A stretch of 63,887 nucleotides of DNA, filler included, from Basidioascus undulatus (taxonomy: Eukaryota): the NCBI GenBank assembly GCA_000826855.1. It is 4 parts of 4 records of this genome, joined end to end, with 100 filler letters (N's around TTAATTAATTAA, not from the genome) between each part and the next. Parts side by side here need not be neighbours in the genome. Positions count along the whole stretch, not along the records: positions 32,054 to 47,932 come from JTLS01000618.1; positions 48,033 to 63,887 come from JTLS01000620.1; 2 more parts are not named here. One strand, written 5' to 3'. The notes beneath the pieces are model-generated. The model saw only the letters and a list, made by a program, of their open reading frames with translations. It was not told where the DNA came from and did no database searches. Every line of letters starts with the position of its first letter. Within the stretch, counting starts at the first letter, position 1. A program made the position numbers and the translations under genes. Shown one piece after another: positions 37,777 through 51,868 of this stretch.

Positions 37777-38602
37777 GTTGCCGTTCTCTTCGCTCTTCGC
37801 TCATTTCTGCCTTTCTTACTTCGATTTCCCGTCCGTGTCTTTTCCTCGTTACTCGACGTAATATTCCCCATCTGCTTTACATTGGTTTGCGCTTTGTTGT
37901 ACGGCTTTATTCTGGATATACCATCACTTGCCTGCTCAAATCATTTGCCCCGCATGCATCAGCATGACCTGTGCTGGGCCGAGGGACACAAGCGCTGTGT
38001 TGTGGTTGAGCTTGGGTTGAGCCGCCGACACTGGAAACACCACGCTGACAGTGGGACCAATAACACGGACCATCTCGCATTCAGGGCTCAGTGATACTCT
38101 TCTCAGCGTGGAAGAGCTGTCTGTCTGCCCACGTACACCTCATCCGCCTCTTGGATAAGGCACTTTAATGAAGAAGATGTGAAATAGAAGGATGGCAGTT
38201 GTGTGAAAATCTGCGTGCGGCTTACGTGCGGCATACGCAACGTCAACCGTCTCTAGTATAGGCGCTAGCTTTCCTGTCTTACGTGTATATTCTCAGCGTG
38301 ACCAATACGGAGCAGGCACTGTCATGCTACACGGCGTGGGTAAGATTCCTATCATGTCGATGCTCGCTTCGGACCTCAGTTGCGTTCGCTCCCCTGGACA
38401 GGAAACGACCCTGGCAAGGTTCCCATGACATACTTCCTGTTCAAGCAAACATTTGACATACTTTCAGGCAATCGTCGTTCGTCTTTTCTCCCCGCGGTCA
38501 ATCGTCGACTCTCCCCCGTCTCAAACCTTCTCATTTCCACCGCCCCCAGCGCCTGAAAGACCCAATCGCGCATAACAGTTTCTTTCTTCAAGACCCTCCA
38601 GC

Positions 38603-39367
38603 CTACACCCGAGCATAGCCCTCAGCACGGGCACCCCTACCTCCAGAAAACGCTGCGCCGGGACCACCAATCTCCGCTCCCCTCGCCAAGCTGCTTTCTG
38701 TGCCATATAAGGCCAACATCAGCTCTAATGTTAGACCGAGTAAGGCCCAAGACGGAGAGGCTACCTTTTCTTGGTCAGGTCGCTGAGTCTCGGAATAGAG
38801 GGGGACCAGGATAAGGAAGATCTCGTCTGGCAGACCGTCCTGGTCTGCGCCTAAGGTGAGCGCCACGGGCGTGGGCTTGTCTGAGCCCGGGCACGGGCGG
38901 TACGGGACGAAGACGGCAGATGGTTCAGAGGTATCCTGAAGTTCTTGTCAGGACAAAAGGTATGACCGAGGATTCAAGGAGAGAGGGCGCACCTTCCACT
39001 CTAGCCCTCCGAATGTAACGTGGTATTCCGTGCTTCCCCGTGACCAGGACCAATATGGAGTTCAACCCCGTTCCACCTTCCGTCAATGCTCAAGCTGAGA
39101 AGAGGGATCCCCCATGGAACACTCACCTATTTAAAAGCCCTCCTGAGTTCTAATTGTCCCAACGGACTTCCGCTCTCCATCGATCTCAAACGCGTCCTTT
39201 AGCCAATAGATCAAGCCCACTTGAGTGTCCGTTCTGGCGTCCGCAAGCGTTGTAGTCTTGCGCCCGCGGAAACTGCACTCGGTGGAGAGTGTGTGCATTG
39301 GAATGTCGTTCTCCATGGAGCGGAGCGTCGAGTTCAGTGTGTCTATGTTATCGACGTAGGCTCGCAT
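38603..39367 (-). pseudogene. Decayed spliced hypothetical gene
   Basis: Coding-like segments joined by a GTGCGC...TTCAG intron (...GLPDEIFLILVPLYSETQR) with an internal stop. Family not identified. Confidence 0.3.
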
Positions 39368-40421
39368 GTTGGCGAGGGTGAAGGAAAGGAGGCACGTAGT
39401 GGTTGGTTAGAAATGAAGGTGCAACTATTCCCTTATATGTCCTCGCGGTGGTCTCTGTCGGCCAATGCCCTGCAGTAGTCTGCAGGTACCCTGGTGCGGG
39501 GAGCCATCCATGTTCAGCGATATGACGACGTTGTCAAGCGTTGTAGCACAGCACGATGGTACCGGCACATTATTCTGCAGTATTAAGATATGAACTAAAT
39601 ATACAACCATGCAGCGATGCTTGTGATATACGTTTCAGTATAAGAGAACCACTGTGGTACCCTTGTGGTGTGGAGCCTCTACGGCGAGTCTCCCCAAGGC
39701 CACGTCTGGTCCCCGACGCCAGGCCGTGCGATCCGTTCAATATACTGGATTCGCGCAAACACCCTCCAGGCAGCTGCAAAGGCAGGCCGGCTCTCTGGTG
39801 TCCTCAAAGACGGAGTAAGGCGCTTCAAACCTGTCGATATATGCGGTATCGATGGTACGTGCCTGTCCTTCATCAGGAGACCTGTCAAACCACGTCCTAC
39901 AGCCGTCACAGTCCTACACTTAACAATGCGCCGGCTATTTCTACCTACTTCCCAGTGATCTTATCCTTTCTTGTCCTTTGGGCTTCAACAAGACACGCCG
40001 GAGGCCTGACGCGCACCTGTGTCACTGCCGCGAAATGTACGCACACATCCTTAGCGAGGCGCCCGCCATCGTTCGTTTGTTCGATATATAGGGTAACCAG
40101 CCCCTCCCATACAACGGAATGTTGAGTCAAGACGTCTTTTTCTGTTTGCATGCAGGTGAGAGAAGAAAAGAAAACAGGAATGGAACGACGTGCGACGATG
40201 CGAGAGACAGGGCGAACTCGAAAGAGAAGGAACGAACAGGCAAGGGTGAACCTCCATCGAAGTCCATACCCCGCCCAACCAACCAACCGACCAACGACCT
40301 AGTTCTCCTCTGCCCCACCCACCGCACCTTCCCACACTCCTTCCAACCAACTCAAAACCCAAGCTATTTTCGCCTAAAACAATCCCAGTCCTTCACCAAT
40401 CCCTGCTTCCCAGCCCAGCCC

Positions 40422-42822
40422 TTACTCGTCTGCCTTCGCCTGGCCCTTCCGCTGGGTAACACCCGGCTTGGCCTTGTCCGCCGCAGGGACGACCGACCCG
40501 CCCGCGGCGGCGGTTTCCTTCGCGCCCTCCGGCGTCTTCCCGTCCGTCTTTTTCGCCGCCTATTCCACGTACGCGGGATGAGCATTCCCGCATTAAGGCG
40601 GGGAGGAAAGGGGAAACGCACGATAGGCTTAGCCGCAGGCTTCCTCGTGCCGCCGATGAGGCCGAAGAGGAGGCCGAGGAGGCCGAAGAGGGTAGCGAGG
40701 GCGAAGCCGAGCGCGCCGGCGGTCTCGGGTTTGGCCTTGATGGCCTCAACGGGGTCGAGCTTGGCGTGGGCGATGAACTCGTTGAGCTTGGCGCGCGCAA
40801 ATTTGACGGGGTCCGCCTTCCAGTCGCCCGCGGCGGCCGCCTTGTCGTCGCCAACGTTCTTGTCCAGCGCGGCCTTCTCGAGCGCCTCCTCGAGCGGACG
40901 CTTCACGTGGAACGTCTCGGCCGCGAGCGCCTTCGCGTCCTCGGGCGAGTAGCCGACGTAGATGTTGTCGAAGAGGCTGCCGGCGGAGAAAGACTGCGTC
41001 AGCACGAGTTGGGCTGCAAAGGAATGAGCACTGGAAACCGACGCACATCGAGGGAGACATGGTCCAGATCTCAAAGCCGACGCCGGAGATGGGGTTGAAC
41101 TTGGACGGCTGCTTGTCCTCGTAGTACTACAAGTTCAGGTGGCATTAACAAATGCGCGTATAGGAAGTGGCGAGAGTTGCGTACGTCGGGATTGGCGATC
41201 TTGCGCGGCGCCCAGATGCCCTTGTAGAGCGGGTTGTCGATCAGAGGAGCGTACCACTTGCCCTTGTCTGTTATCGGTCCCTTCCCAGTCAGCGCATTCC
41301 ATCCAAAGCAGAGACGTTCGGAATCGGAAGAAGGACGCACACTCAGGGTTGGCCTTGAGCGGGCGCTTCCAGGGACCGCAGCCGGGCGCGTCCTCGCAAA
41401 CGGGGTTGGCGATGAGGGGCGGGACCCAGTCGCCGTCCTCCTCAGCGTCCCACTCCTCGGGCTTCTCCGCGGCGGGGTCGGGCACGGTCTGGGTCTCGGT
41501 CTCGAGCCAGCCCTCGGGCATCTCTGCCTCGTCGTCCTCGATCTCCGCGGGCGCGTCCTCGTCCCAGTCCTCCGGCTGGAACCCACCGACACCACCATCA
41601 GCACCTCTACCTCCTCGAGGAATTTCGAGAAACGCGAACGTACCTTGACAGCGTCTGGGTCCGCGATCTTCGCCTCCTCGACCCAGTCCTCGGGCTTCTT
41701 GTCCTCCGGGTCGTCAATCTCGGCGGGCGGGTTCACGGGCGGGTTGAAGTCTTCCAGGAGGCTGCCGGTCTTGACGGACTCGTCGTTGATGAGGATGTTG
41801 AATGTGTTGTCAGGGCTGCGGAAGGGGATCTTCGTCAACCAGCAGCTCTGGGGCTGTACAGGAACGTGAATTCGAAGACGCACTTGACGATGAGCGTGTA
41901 GAGGGTAGAAATCTTGGAGTTCTTCATCAAGGGAGGAGACTTGAGGTGCTTCTCCTCGACCTCGCCGGTAAGGGGGTTCTGAGGATTCGGGCGGACGCGT
42001 CAGAACAGGCTCCTGACCATAGGAAAGCCAAGGCAAGACGCACGGTGTGCTTGAAGATGAAGTGGACCTTGTTGGTCGCGCCGCACTTGTCGGGACCGAA
42101 CATGCTGTAGGGGACCGATTGAGCCCCAAGTCGGCCTAGAAATACGAGTGGAGGCATACGCACATGGTGTAGGGAGTCTTGTCCGAGAACTCCTCCGCCT
42201 GAACGCCGTTCGCGCTCTCGCTCAACAGCTTCAGGTACGCGCCGCCGCAGTCAAGGCCCTCCTGCATCCCAGAACCATGTCATGAGCACCCACATATTCT
42301 ACCTAGCGCTGTGAAAGCCCACGTACCTGCAGCTTGACCTCGTACTGGACGACGAGCGCCTTCTCGCCCTTGGTGTCGACGACCTCGTCGAACTGGGCGG
42401 AGATGGCGTGGTGCGCCGCCTTGTTCTTGGCGACAAGACCAGCGTCGCCCTCAAGACCAGGGTACACGGTGGGCTCCTCAACACTCCACTGGCCGACGTA
42501 GCTGAACTGCCTGCACTCCCCCGAAAGTCACATCAGCCTCCGGCTTCTGACACCTCACATCCTCCACCCGGAGCGATCCACTCACTCGCCCTGGTCGGTC
42601 TCCTTGGTAGCCTGGGAGGGATTCCACCGGGAGTCCCAGCCAACGTCGAACTGCTCAACAAACGGAGCCTTGACAGAAGTAGGCTGCAGGATCGGGAGCA
42701 AGGTCAGCTTCCGAGCTCGCTCGAGCTGCTGCCGTGCGGATGCGACACACGGTGTGGACCGCCTTGTCGGCGACGGCGCCTGCAGCGAGAGCAGCGACGG
42801 AAATGAGCGTGGCTCGGCGCAT
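40422..42822 (-). CDS. CNE1: Calnexin
   Basis: Signal peptide [45 protein letters not shown]-domain repeats [12 protein letters not shown] and [14 protein letters not shown]-terminal TM helix. Confidence 0.96.
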
Positions 42823-45369
42823 GGCTGGCCAATTCTGAGGAGAAGGAGGAGATGGGGCGGAAAGGAAGGGAGCAAACGAGCAAAGGAAGTAGTTCAAGGT
42901 CAAGAGTGCCAGCGAGCTTCCCCCGACGCCGATTTCGGCGCGCTGCGGCCCGCGGATGGCAACGTGTTCACTGCCAATTCGACGCAGCCGCTTTCAAGTT
43001 TCCAGACCTTTCTTGGGCAACTCGACTGCACCGTCTCATATTACCCTGATACTCTATTCGTTTCATCACATTACTTATGTTAAGGATCGGCAAAATAGAC
43101 CAGTACTTCGACCGGCTTGTAAGTGGAGCGAGTTCGCGAACCGGTAACGAGCCTCTTCTTTTCGCCGCCGACTTCCACTCCTGATGAAATGACAAAACGC
43201 ATAGACCGGAGGTATGAATTCCATGCAACCACATTCTGAGTTCAATACAAGCTGTCAGGCACAGCAGGACGTCACGCCAGAGCACTTCGCTTGGAGTCAA
43301 GTTCCGGAGCGAGGTGCGGCCTGCAGGTCATTCGCTTGGGATGCAGAGATGTAGATTATGGATAGATGCAGCCGGAACAAGATTTACTGCAAGAAGTGTT
43401 TTGGTTAACACTTGTTAAGTAGTCGTTAATGGCTGAAGAGTGTACGTCGCTGGAGGCAGTCTGCTTTCACGTCGACAAGGTGCCGTTGACTTTCTCACGA
43501 CCAATGGGCTAGGATTCTCTTCATCTGTCAAACGAATGAAAACTGTTGCTAAATCGCATCTGATTTGGTTAAGCTGCTGACGATTCGCTATCAGCTACGT
43601 GTTGTGTCTGGAAGCTCAACAACCACCCCTCTGAAGACGGTCTCCCTCCGAAATGCTCTCATTCCGAGAGGCAAATCAAACTCAGAGCCTAAAACTTTCA
43701 ATAACGATATTCATCGGCCGTGCGCATACCTAATATCAGCCAAACGTGTTCCCATAGAAGCATGCGCAGAGGACCGGTCGCAGCTGCAAAACTCAGAACG
43801 TCAGTGCGAATCTGTAAACGCTTAGACCTTGCCAAAAAGCAGAGCAGCGCACAGCCCAGAAACTTCTTTCGAGCGGCAGTTCAGCGGCTCCGCCCTCCGC
43901 CGTGATCGTCGCCCACAGCGTGCCGCCGCAACTTCCTTGAGCGTCGCGGCCTTCTCACTCCCACCCTCATCACCGCCACTCACTGACTCGCCATGTCCGA
44001 AGACGACCACAAGCTGTTTTTCAGGGGGGTCCCGGTCAGAATTCACCTTCTTCGACAATTCGGTACTCCCAAGGCGAGCAACGATCCATTCTGTAGCGCG
44101 TCAGGCGACGTCGAGCTGGACTTCTCCGTCGCCAGGAGTACATCCTAGAGCTCTTCGAGGGCTAGTTGCACGGGAGGTCAGACAGCTTCGGGAGGAAGGG
44201 GTCGTTGAGCAAGGACGCCGCTAGTGCTTACAGCCCCGCTAGCAACGGCCTCCCGTCGTCTCCCATAACGGCCGCGAGCTATTGAATAGTTTATTGAAGA
44301 GTTAATATTGAGATACTGAGTTTTGCTCAGATAAACTCTGGGAGATGTGCTTGAAACGCGACTACTTGAGGACTCGCCTGAAGTGTCAGCAGCGGAATGT
44401 GGTTTGAATGCGTGGTTATAAGAGATTGTAGTCGGGCCTTAGTTAACGGTCGGTGTCTTATGGTCGACCAAAAAAGATTTCAGGGTAGTGTTAGACCAAT
44501 CCAACGTGGCAAGCGGTGCAGTCCACAAAGCGCGGTCTGGCTGGGGGCGGTTGAGGCAACCGCCAGTGTGTCGTGAATGCTGGGCCAGCTTATTGATTAC
44601 TACCCCAGGATTCTTCCAGTTATACTATCCTTCAATTGATGGCCTTACGCCGCGCTGACTTGGCCTAAAAGACATTGGAGGAACGGGACCTACCTCCAAA
44701 AGGGTTTCAGGTCCGCCTACAACAGTGCAGTGTCGCCTGGGATTTACGGCCAGTAGCATTCACAGTTTTGTTGGTTGTTACGTAAATATTTGAATGAACA
44801 TTCCTGGAAAGCCCACCACAACGAGCGCTTGGTGCAAATGTGTTATTCGGTCTCGCTGTCAACGTCTGACAGTTGTGAGCCTGACAGCGTGACAGCTACT
44901 GCCCAGCCGGAACAGTCAAACTTTACCGGACACCACCACCATCTTCCCCTGCACACGCTCGCTTCGCACAGCTTCGTCTCGATCATAGTCCTTCGATCGG
45001 ACATTCCACCGCTCATACGGAGCACAGCCGGAACAGGAATCCCCAGCTCGACAGATCAAGCACTGCCCGCGTCCGACCAATCATACTAAACAAACCACCT
45101 TCCAAAGCGTCTGCAGAATGTGCAAGCACGAAAAGTAGTACATGATGCTGAGAACCGACACACATAACCGAAAACATGAGAAAACGAAAAAAGGGAAAAC
45201 GACCGCGAAACCTCCTCCTCCCCTCGTCCCACTACCCTCGTCTACCCATCCACCGCACAGATACACCCAACCTCGGACCTCTCACACCTCACCACACTCC
45301 CACCCGTCCCTGTCCCGCCCCGATCCGGCCCGTCTCGCTCCAGCTCGCGGTGATCACAAGCGTCCCGCC

Positions 45370-46594
45370 TCACAGTGTACCGGGCTCGGCCTTCTCGATC
45401 GACTCGAGGCGGGCGATTTGCCTGTTGCGCGGGAGGGAAGCAGGGGGTCAGCGGCTTGGCGCTTAAGAGAATAACGGTGGAATGGGGGGAAGCAGACGAA
45501 AGGGGTAAGAAGAATCAATCCACTTACCTGTCCCTCAATGCCTCCTGCCACCGCCCCAACTTCGCCCCCTCATGCACGGGGAACCCAAAGATCTTCGGCC
45601 GATACCTCTCGGCCTTGGCTGCAGCCCCGGCCGTACTGCCCTGTGCCATCCCCGCCGGGCCTCCCTGCCCCCCACCCTGGCCGCCGGTGCCGGAGGGGAG
45701 GGGCGCCTTGGCGGGTACCATATGCGGGTAGACCATGAACAGCATCGCGGGGAACGACGTGCCGAAGTACGCTCCGTCGATGGAGCCGTGCCGACTGGAC
45801 TTGGGCGAGTAGATGTCTTCGCAGCGCGGGCAGTAGAGTTTTACCGCCTTGGAGTAGGGGATGTCCGAGAGACCGACGGGCAGGAGCGCTTGGGAGTAGC
45901 AGAGCACGCGGGGGCAACGCCCGAAATCGGCTTTTTTGTACTTGTCCATCTGCGGTGGCCGAGGGATGGAGTCAGTCTTCGTCGTGAGGAAGAGCGAGGG
46001 CGGGGTAGAGGAAGGGATGGGGAGACGAGGAAACGGAAAGATTGGAAGGAGAGAGGGAAAGGGAGGGGTGGGAGGAGGGAGGAGAGAGAGGAGGGGTGGA
46101 ATGCGGAGGAGGGAGGGTGAAGGAGGAGGGGAGGTGCAAGGTGTGGAGAGACGCACCATTTTGGCGAGCCCCCGGGAGGTGGTGATGAACCGGGCGTGGA
46201 TGAGGCCGTACAGGTAGCGCGCAGAGTTCTCGATTGCCTCGCGATGCTCGTCGTCCAGGTCGTCCTCCTCTGCGGTCCAACCCAGCCCATGAGAACAACG
46301 AAAGAAGGAGGAAACGGTGAGAGGGACCCACCAAGCGAGTCCGTGATCAGATCCAGCGCCTGCGAATAGTTTTGCACGTCGTTGTTGAGGCCCGTAAGGT
46401 TGAAGCGGTCGAGGATGTACTCCTCGTCGACTTCGCAGAAGTACTCGTTGCCCTGTCCCATCGCATCCCACCCACACGAGTCTGAGCTGGGAGAAGGGAG
46501 GAGGGAGGGGGGAGGGACGGACCTTGGTGGACAGGAACCACGAGATCCACGAGTTCGAGTACGACTCCTCCGAGCCGGTCGAGAGGTCGTCCAT
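45370..46594 (-). CDS. CKB1: Casein kinase II regulatory beta subunit
   Basis: [32 protein letters not shown]...[10 protein letters not shown]...FGRCPRVLC...[12 protein letters not shown]...[13 protein letters not shown]1 versus CKB2 subtype not tested. Confidence 0.95.
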
Positions 46595-47182
46595 CTGCTT
46601 ATCCGTTCCCGTCCCACCAAACATCAGCTCGCGCTTCGCTGACGCGTGAGTGGGCCTGGGACTCGCTGTGTGAGGGAGAGGAGGTGGCTGAGCTGAGCGG
46701 GGTGGTGGGGGGAGTGCTGAGGCCGCGAGGGGGATCGGATGCGATTCGAGGGGGCGGGAAGGCTCGTGAGGTGGAGAAGGACGGAGGGAAGGACGTGTAG
46801 GAGAAGGCAGGATGGCGGTGAGAAGCAGCCAAGTCGCGAACGCGGACTAGTTGAGGCTTAGATGATTAAGCCGTTCGCAGGAGGTGTTGTCGCTGGGCCT
46901 TCTGGGCCTTCTCACTGGCGGCTTGCTCTGAAAGAGAGACCAGGAGACATCTGAGAGTGTTCCGACGACAAAAACAAAAATGGGGATATTCGGTACAATC
47001 GTACGGCGGTCAGAAGGCAGTAAGAGCAGCTGGCGCAGCGACATAACCGACAAGTGACAGCCGTGACATCTGTCAATCCGCGGTTCATCCGAGGCCCTCT
47101 CGCTCACGCAGCGACGCAGCGTCATAATGCCGCCTCACCCCCTCCCCCTCACTCGATCTCAACGCCTCACACAACACCCCTC

Positions 47183-47890
47183 ATGTCGGCCTCCCCACCT
47201 CCCACGAAAATCCTTCAGCAGCAGCGGGGTGTGCGCACGACCTCAGGGCACCCCGCGCACACCTCCTCCCCTGACGCCGACGCCGAACCCGCCCTAGACG
47301 TGGACATCCTCCGGCAGCGCGCGCGGTGCGGGCTGACGGACGCGCTGGACCAGGTGCGGGTTGGAAGGAAGTGTAGGTTGGAGATGGTTGCTGAGTGGGG
47401 GGGGGATAGGTGTCCGGGCCCAAGACGCTGGTCATTGATCCGGGGCTGGCGGGGCCGCTCGGGTTGGTGACGGAGGTTTCGTTGCTGAAGGTGTGTCTTC
47501 CTCTTCTGTTCTTACTGGAGACGCATCTGAGTTGGCTGGTGAGTCTTTTCGCAGCACCACGGTGTCGATAAGATGTTCTGGCTCGAGCCCGGCCCGTTCA
47601 CCTCCTCCACCCCAGCAATCATCTACCTCTCCCGCCCCTCAATCCGGCACATGAAGCTAATCGCCACGCAAATAGCGGCGCACCTCTCCTCCACCTGTTC
47701 TTCTGCCTCCACCAACCACACGTACACGCTCCTCCTAGCGCCGCGTAGCACGAGCCTGTGCGAGCGGGTCCTAGAGGAGGAGGGCGTGCGGGGGCAGGTG
47801 GACATGCTCGAGTATCCGCTTGAGTTTATACCCCTCGAGGAGGACGTGCTTAGTCTGGAGCTCGAGGGCGTAGCGAGGGAGGTGTTCTTG
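47183..47890 (+). CDS. VPS33: Vps33 (Sec1/Munc18 family), 3' truncated
   Basis: GPKTLVIDPGLAGPLGLVTEVSLLK|HHGVDKMFWLE...LCERVLEEEGV...LEFIPLEEDVLSLEL. Confidence 0.92.
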
Positions 47891-47932
47891 GTGAGTGGGG
47901 AAAGGGAGAGGAGCGAGTGGCGAATGAGATCG

Positions 47933-48032
47933 NNNNNNNNNNNNNNNNNNNNNNNNNNNNNNNNNNNNNNNNNNNNTTAATTAATTAANNNNNNNNNNNN
48001 NNNNNNNNNNNNNNNNNNNNNNNNNNNNNNNN
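47933..48032. other. Artificial contig-joining linker
   Basis: N44-TTAATTAATTAA-N44. Confidence 0.97.
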
Positions 48033-48109
48033 ACTGACGGGCCCTGTCAGGAGTGATGAACGCAGGCTCCTGAACCTCAAGCTCACCACTCTCGAGCAGG
48101 CGCTCAAGA

Positions 48110-49579
48110 AGCAGCTCCTCGGCGAGCCACTCCTCCGCGAGATCTGCGAGAAGACCAAGGAGGTCCTCATGCGCGAGTCGAACGTCGTGCACATAAAGGC
48201 ACCGGTCACTGTCGTCGGCGACATTCACGGGTGAGTAGCCGAAGGTGGGACGCGATGGAGAGCGAGACTGAGATTGGGGATGCTTGGCGGGTGAGAGCCA
48301 GTTCTACGACTTGATAGAGATCTTTCGGATAGGTGCGGCGCGGAGACAGGGCGTTTGAGAGGGAGGGAGGAGAGACTGACGGAGGAAGGGGCGACAAGGC
48401 GGGTACTGTCCCCATACGAACTATCTATTCCTCGGTACGTCCATCTCCCCTGAAATGCATTTCCGCTGAATATGCTCATTGTTGAGGTTTGAGCATGCAG
48501 GCGATTACGTCGATCGAGGACTCTTCAGCATAGAGACCATCTCCCTCCTCACCTGCCTCAAGCTCCGCTATCCCGATCGCGTCCAGCTGATCCGAGGGAA
48601 CCACGAATCAAGAGCTGTCACTCAAGTGCGTTCCGTACTGCCTTTCTTACAATGAAACGCGTTGTTGAGGGCAGCTTGCCGTGGGCACAGACATACGGGT
48701 TCTACACCGAATGCGTACGAAAATACGGCTCAGCGAACGTCTGGACCTACTTTACCGACATGTTCGATTTCTTGACGCTTTCTGTCGTCATTGATGATCG
48801 GATATTCTGTGTACATGGCGGTGCGTGGCTGCCGAGCATGGAACAGGGATAGGCAAGCGCTGAGCTGTGGCGGGGTCGGACAGGTCTTTCGCCTTCAATA
48901 CACACCATCGACCAGATCAAGATTATAGATCGGTTCCGAGGTGAGGATTCTGTCTAACAAGCGTTCTCAGTGAGACATTTGACTGAACGTGTTTGCCGCA
49001 CAGAAATCCCTCACGAAGGTCCGATGGCGGACCTCGTCTGGTCCGATCCGGATCCCGACAAGGAGGAGTTTGCCATTTCGCCTCGGTCCGTTTTCACACA
49101 CCCATCCGCCCCATTTCCCCATGCTCCGGCTCACCCGCCTTGGCTTTCAGAGGAGCGGGGTACACGTTCGGCGCGCAGGTGGTGCGCAAGTTCCTCGAGC
49201 TGAACGGGATGAACCACATCCTGCGCGCGCACCAGCTGTGCATGGAGGGGTACTCGATTCTCTACGACGAGCGCCTCTCGACCGTCTGGTCCGCGCCCAA
49301 CTACTGCTACCGCTGCGGCAACAGCGCGAGCATCCTCGAGGTGGGCCCGGGGGGTGAGAAGCACTTCAACGTGTTTGAGGCCGCGCCGGAGAATGAGAGG
49401 TGCGGCGTTGGTTGGGCGGGGATGAGGAGCGTGGACTTACTGTGGGTGGGTGGTTCAGGGACGGACCAAATCAAGCGGCGCAACAACAAAATAAGGAGGT
49501 GGGGGACCGCACGCGGGTTGCTTCGGTGGGGGACCCGGCGCTCACCGTGCTTCGTTTGCAGGTTACCTACTTCTTGTAA
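48110..49579 (+). CDS. PPG1: PP2A-like Ser/Thr phosphatase Ppg1, 5' truncated
   Basis: [54 protein letters not shown] and a C-terminal YFL. Confidence 0.9.
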
Positions 49580-49783
49580 TATTTTTTGCCTGTATGCTTG
49601 CTTTGTAATTGCTCTACGGACTCTCGCATCATACCCCGTTCACCGAGGCTTTGATTTCAAAGAGCTTGCATCGTCATCGCGTTGCCTGAAGAACTGGGCC
49701 TGAACTGCGAGTCACACCCGCGTGTGAAAGAGATGCTTGATTCGCTATAAGTCTCTGGAAACATTTTCCTTTTCTTGCAGCCG

Positions 49784-49829
49784 GACAGAAGGCCTCAGTC
49801 GAGAGCGACAGAAGGCCTCAGTCGAGAGC
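49784..49829. repeat. 23-bp tandem duplication
   Basis: GACAGAAGGCCTCAGTCGAGAGC occurs twice. Confidence 0.85.
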
Positions 49830-51568
49830 ATATAAGCGGGGCGGACGGGAGAAAGCGGCAGACGGAGCGTTGCGGCGGCGCACCTCGCCGTTTCTTCCGC
49901 TGGGTCACCTTGTCCGTCTGCTTGCCTCTCACTATCACATGCACAAAACCGCAAAGATACTCGAGCTCCCGCCAGTCTTTCACGGCCTGCCTGTGGGCCG
50001 GCTCACCCAGCAGAAGCGAATCATCCTCGAGTCGATCTACCTCCTCCATCCGCACCTCACCCTGCAGGAGCGGAAGGAGTCAGAACTCCCCGTTTCCCCT
50101 ATCTCACCACGCCTGCCTGGTTTTGAGAATGTGTTTATGGCTCTTACTCTACGGTAGCTTCTTCTCAGGTCTCAGCAGCGGTACTGAGGCCGTTACGAAG
50201 TATTGGGCCACTCGCGCTGCTAACCGCGCTTCGGACCCGGCACTCGCGTACTTTAGCGAAGCATCACTGGCCTCAGAGCAGCCCAGCAACGGGTGACTTG
50301 ACCGTTCTCAACTCGCAGATCATTCTGGAAACTCTGCAGACGCTTATGGGCGGGCGTCACCAGCGACAGGAGCGTCGGCGCTGGCGAGGCTGTGGGCCGC
50401 CACCGCGACGCGGAGGGACACGAGAGCAACACGCCAAGCTCGCCGGCGTCACTCGACCAGGCCAGCAATGGATCCTCCTACCCAGAAAACACGCTCAACC
50501 TGGCTGAGTTCCTCATGGGTGAGCGGCGCTCTACAGGGGGGGAGTCGAAGCGCGGTGAGAAGCACTGACACTGCCTAATGGGCTCCCTGTTCGTCAGCTT
50601 TCGACCCAGTCTTGTTTGGTGAGCTGCGGGTATTCTAAAGCTTCTGTTCGTTCCTGACAAGCAGGAGCGCCACCATGCCGCATAGGCTAACCAGGCTGGC
50701 GCAGGACGTCGAGGCGGAGCAGCGACACAGACGGTTTGATGAAAGAACGCCCGATTACATATACTTGTCATATAGATATCAAAGAATGTTCAAATCCTGA
50801 ACAACCGGCAGCTGGCTTCAGCACGCTTTGATGAAAGAGACAGCTGAAGCGTTGAGCGACTCGTGTACTATCGAAACTTCTTGCACTCGAGAGGGCGTGA
50901 ACTTCAAGATATCTTTACTTGGTAGTTTCTCAGGCCGAGGTCAAACACTTGGTGCATATGTCTACAGATTTTGTTGGCGGAAGAAGCCCGGAACATGAAA
51001 CTGTGCTTCAAGAGCCCGAGCTCATTGCGCAATGACGATGCTCCGAGTTCAACTCAGCTGCTGACATCGACTCCTGGCCCGCTCTGCTCACGACCACTAC
51101 CTACCGCATGCTCCTCTCTGGATTCCTAGGGAAAGGGCATTGTTCGGTCTTTTCTTGTCCACTTTACTCTCGGCTTGCGCGAACTGACACAATTTTGCTG
51201 TTCAAATCGCTGCATCTCTCGCCATGCACATCCACCATCTCCCCGCAACAGTTCTTCAGGATATCGGGTCGTACCTTCTGCTGGAACGTCTGAACGAACG
51301 AGAAACGTGGAAGATACACGCCTGATTCCGATTCACTTGCATTTGAGACCCAAGTATACGGAACAGCACAACACTGATTTATATTTTCTATCAGTATCTT
51401 GTCGGGTTTGGACAGAGTGGTAGGGATCGCCCGTAACAATCCATGCGACCCAGCCCTTCTTCAACGCAGCCCGACGTTAACAACGACTCATCCCACCAGT
51501 TCAGCGTAGCGTTCGGATACTTACAGATGGATGGAGTGTGTTCTCTAATACTCTATCCCGCTGACTAC

Positions 51569-51868
51569 TCATCTTTTCATCTTGTAACCCCATCGTTCCT
51601 CGCCCTCCCTACTGTCCCAGTCTCCGAGCGGCGCCTGCTCGCCCCTCCAAGGCGGACGGCCATGCCGACCGCGCCCGGGCTCATACCCCGTTCCTCCCCG
51701 CTGGGCTATGAGCACCACGGGAAGGATGAGGAAGACCGCCAGGATGAGCACGCACGTCGCGTACGCGAGCGTGAGCTTCAGGTCTCGCGCTCGGCGACGC
51801 GGGTCGTCCGGGCGCAGGAACGGAGGGTCGGGTGGAGGGCTCGACGAGTCGCGGGGTAATTGGGGCAT
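51569..51868 (-). CDS. Small single-pass membrane hypothetical protein
   Basis: MPQLPRD...RRRARDLK then LTLAYATCVLILAVFLILPVVLIA (TM), with GC3-rich codons. Confidence 0.5.
   Translation of the reverse strand: MPQLPRDSSSPPPDPPFLRPDDPRRRARDLKLTLAYATCVLILAVFLILPVVLIAQRGGTGYEPGRGRHGRPPWRGEQAPLGDWDSREGEERWGYKMKR

Noticed and set aside
43000..45100. Long intergenic stretch with short ORFs
   Set aside because: No motif, consistent splice pattern or RNA structure could be supported by eye.
47183..49579. Apparent VPS33-PPG1 fusion or tight linkage
   Set aside because: The two genes are on different contigs separated by the linker.
49870..50507. Protein-like fragments downstream of PPG1
   Set aside because: Multiple stops and frame changes with no recognisable motif; no call can be supported.
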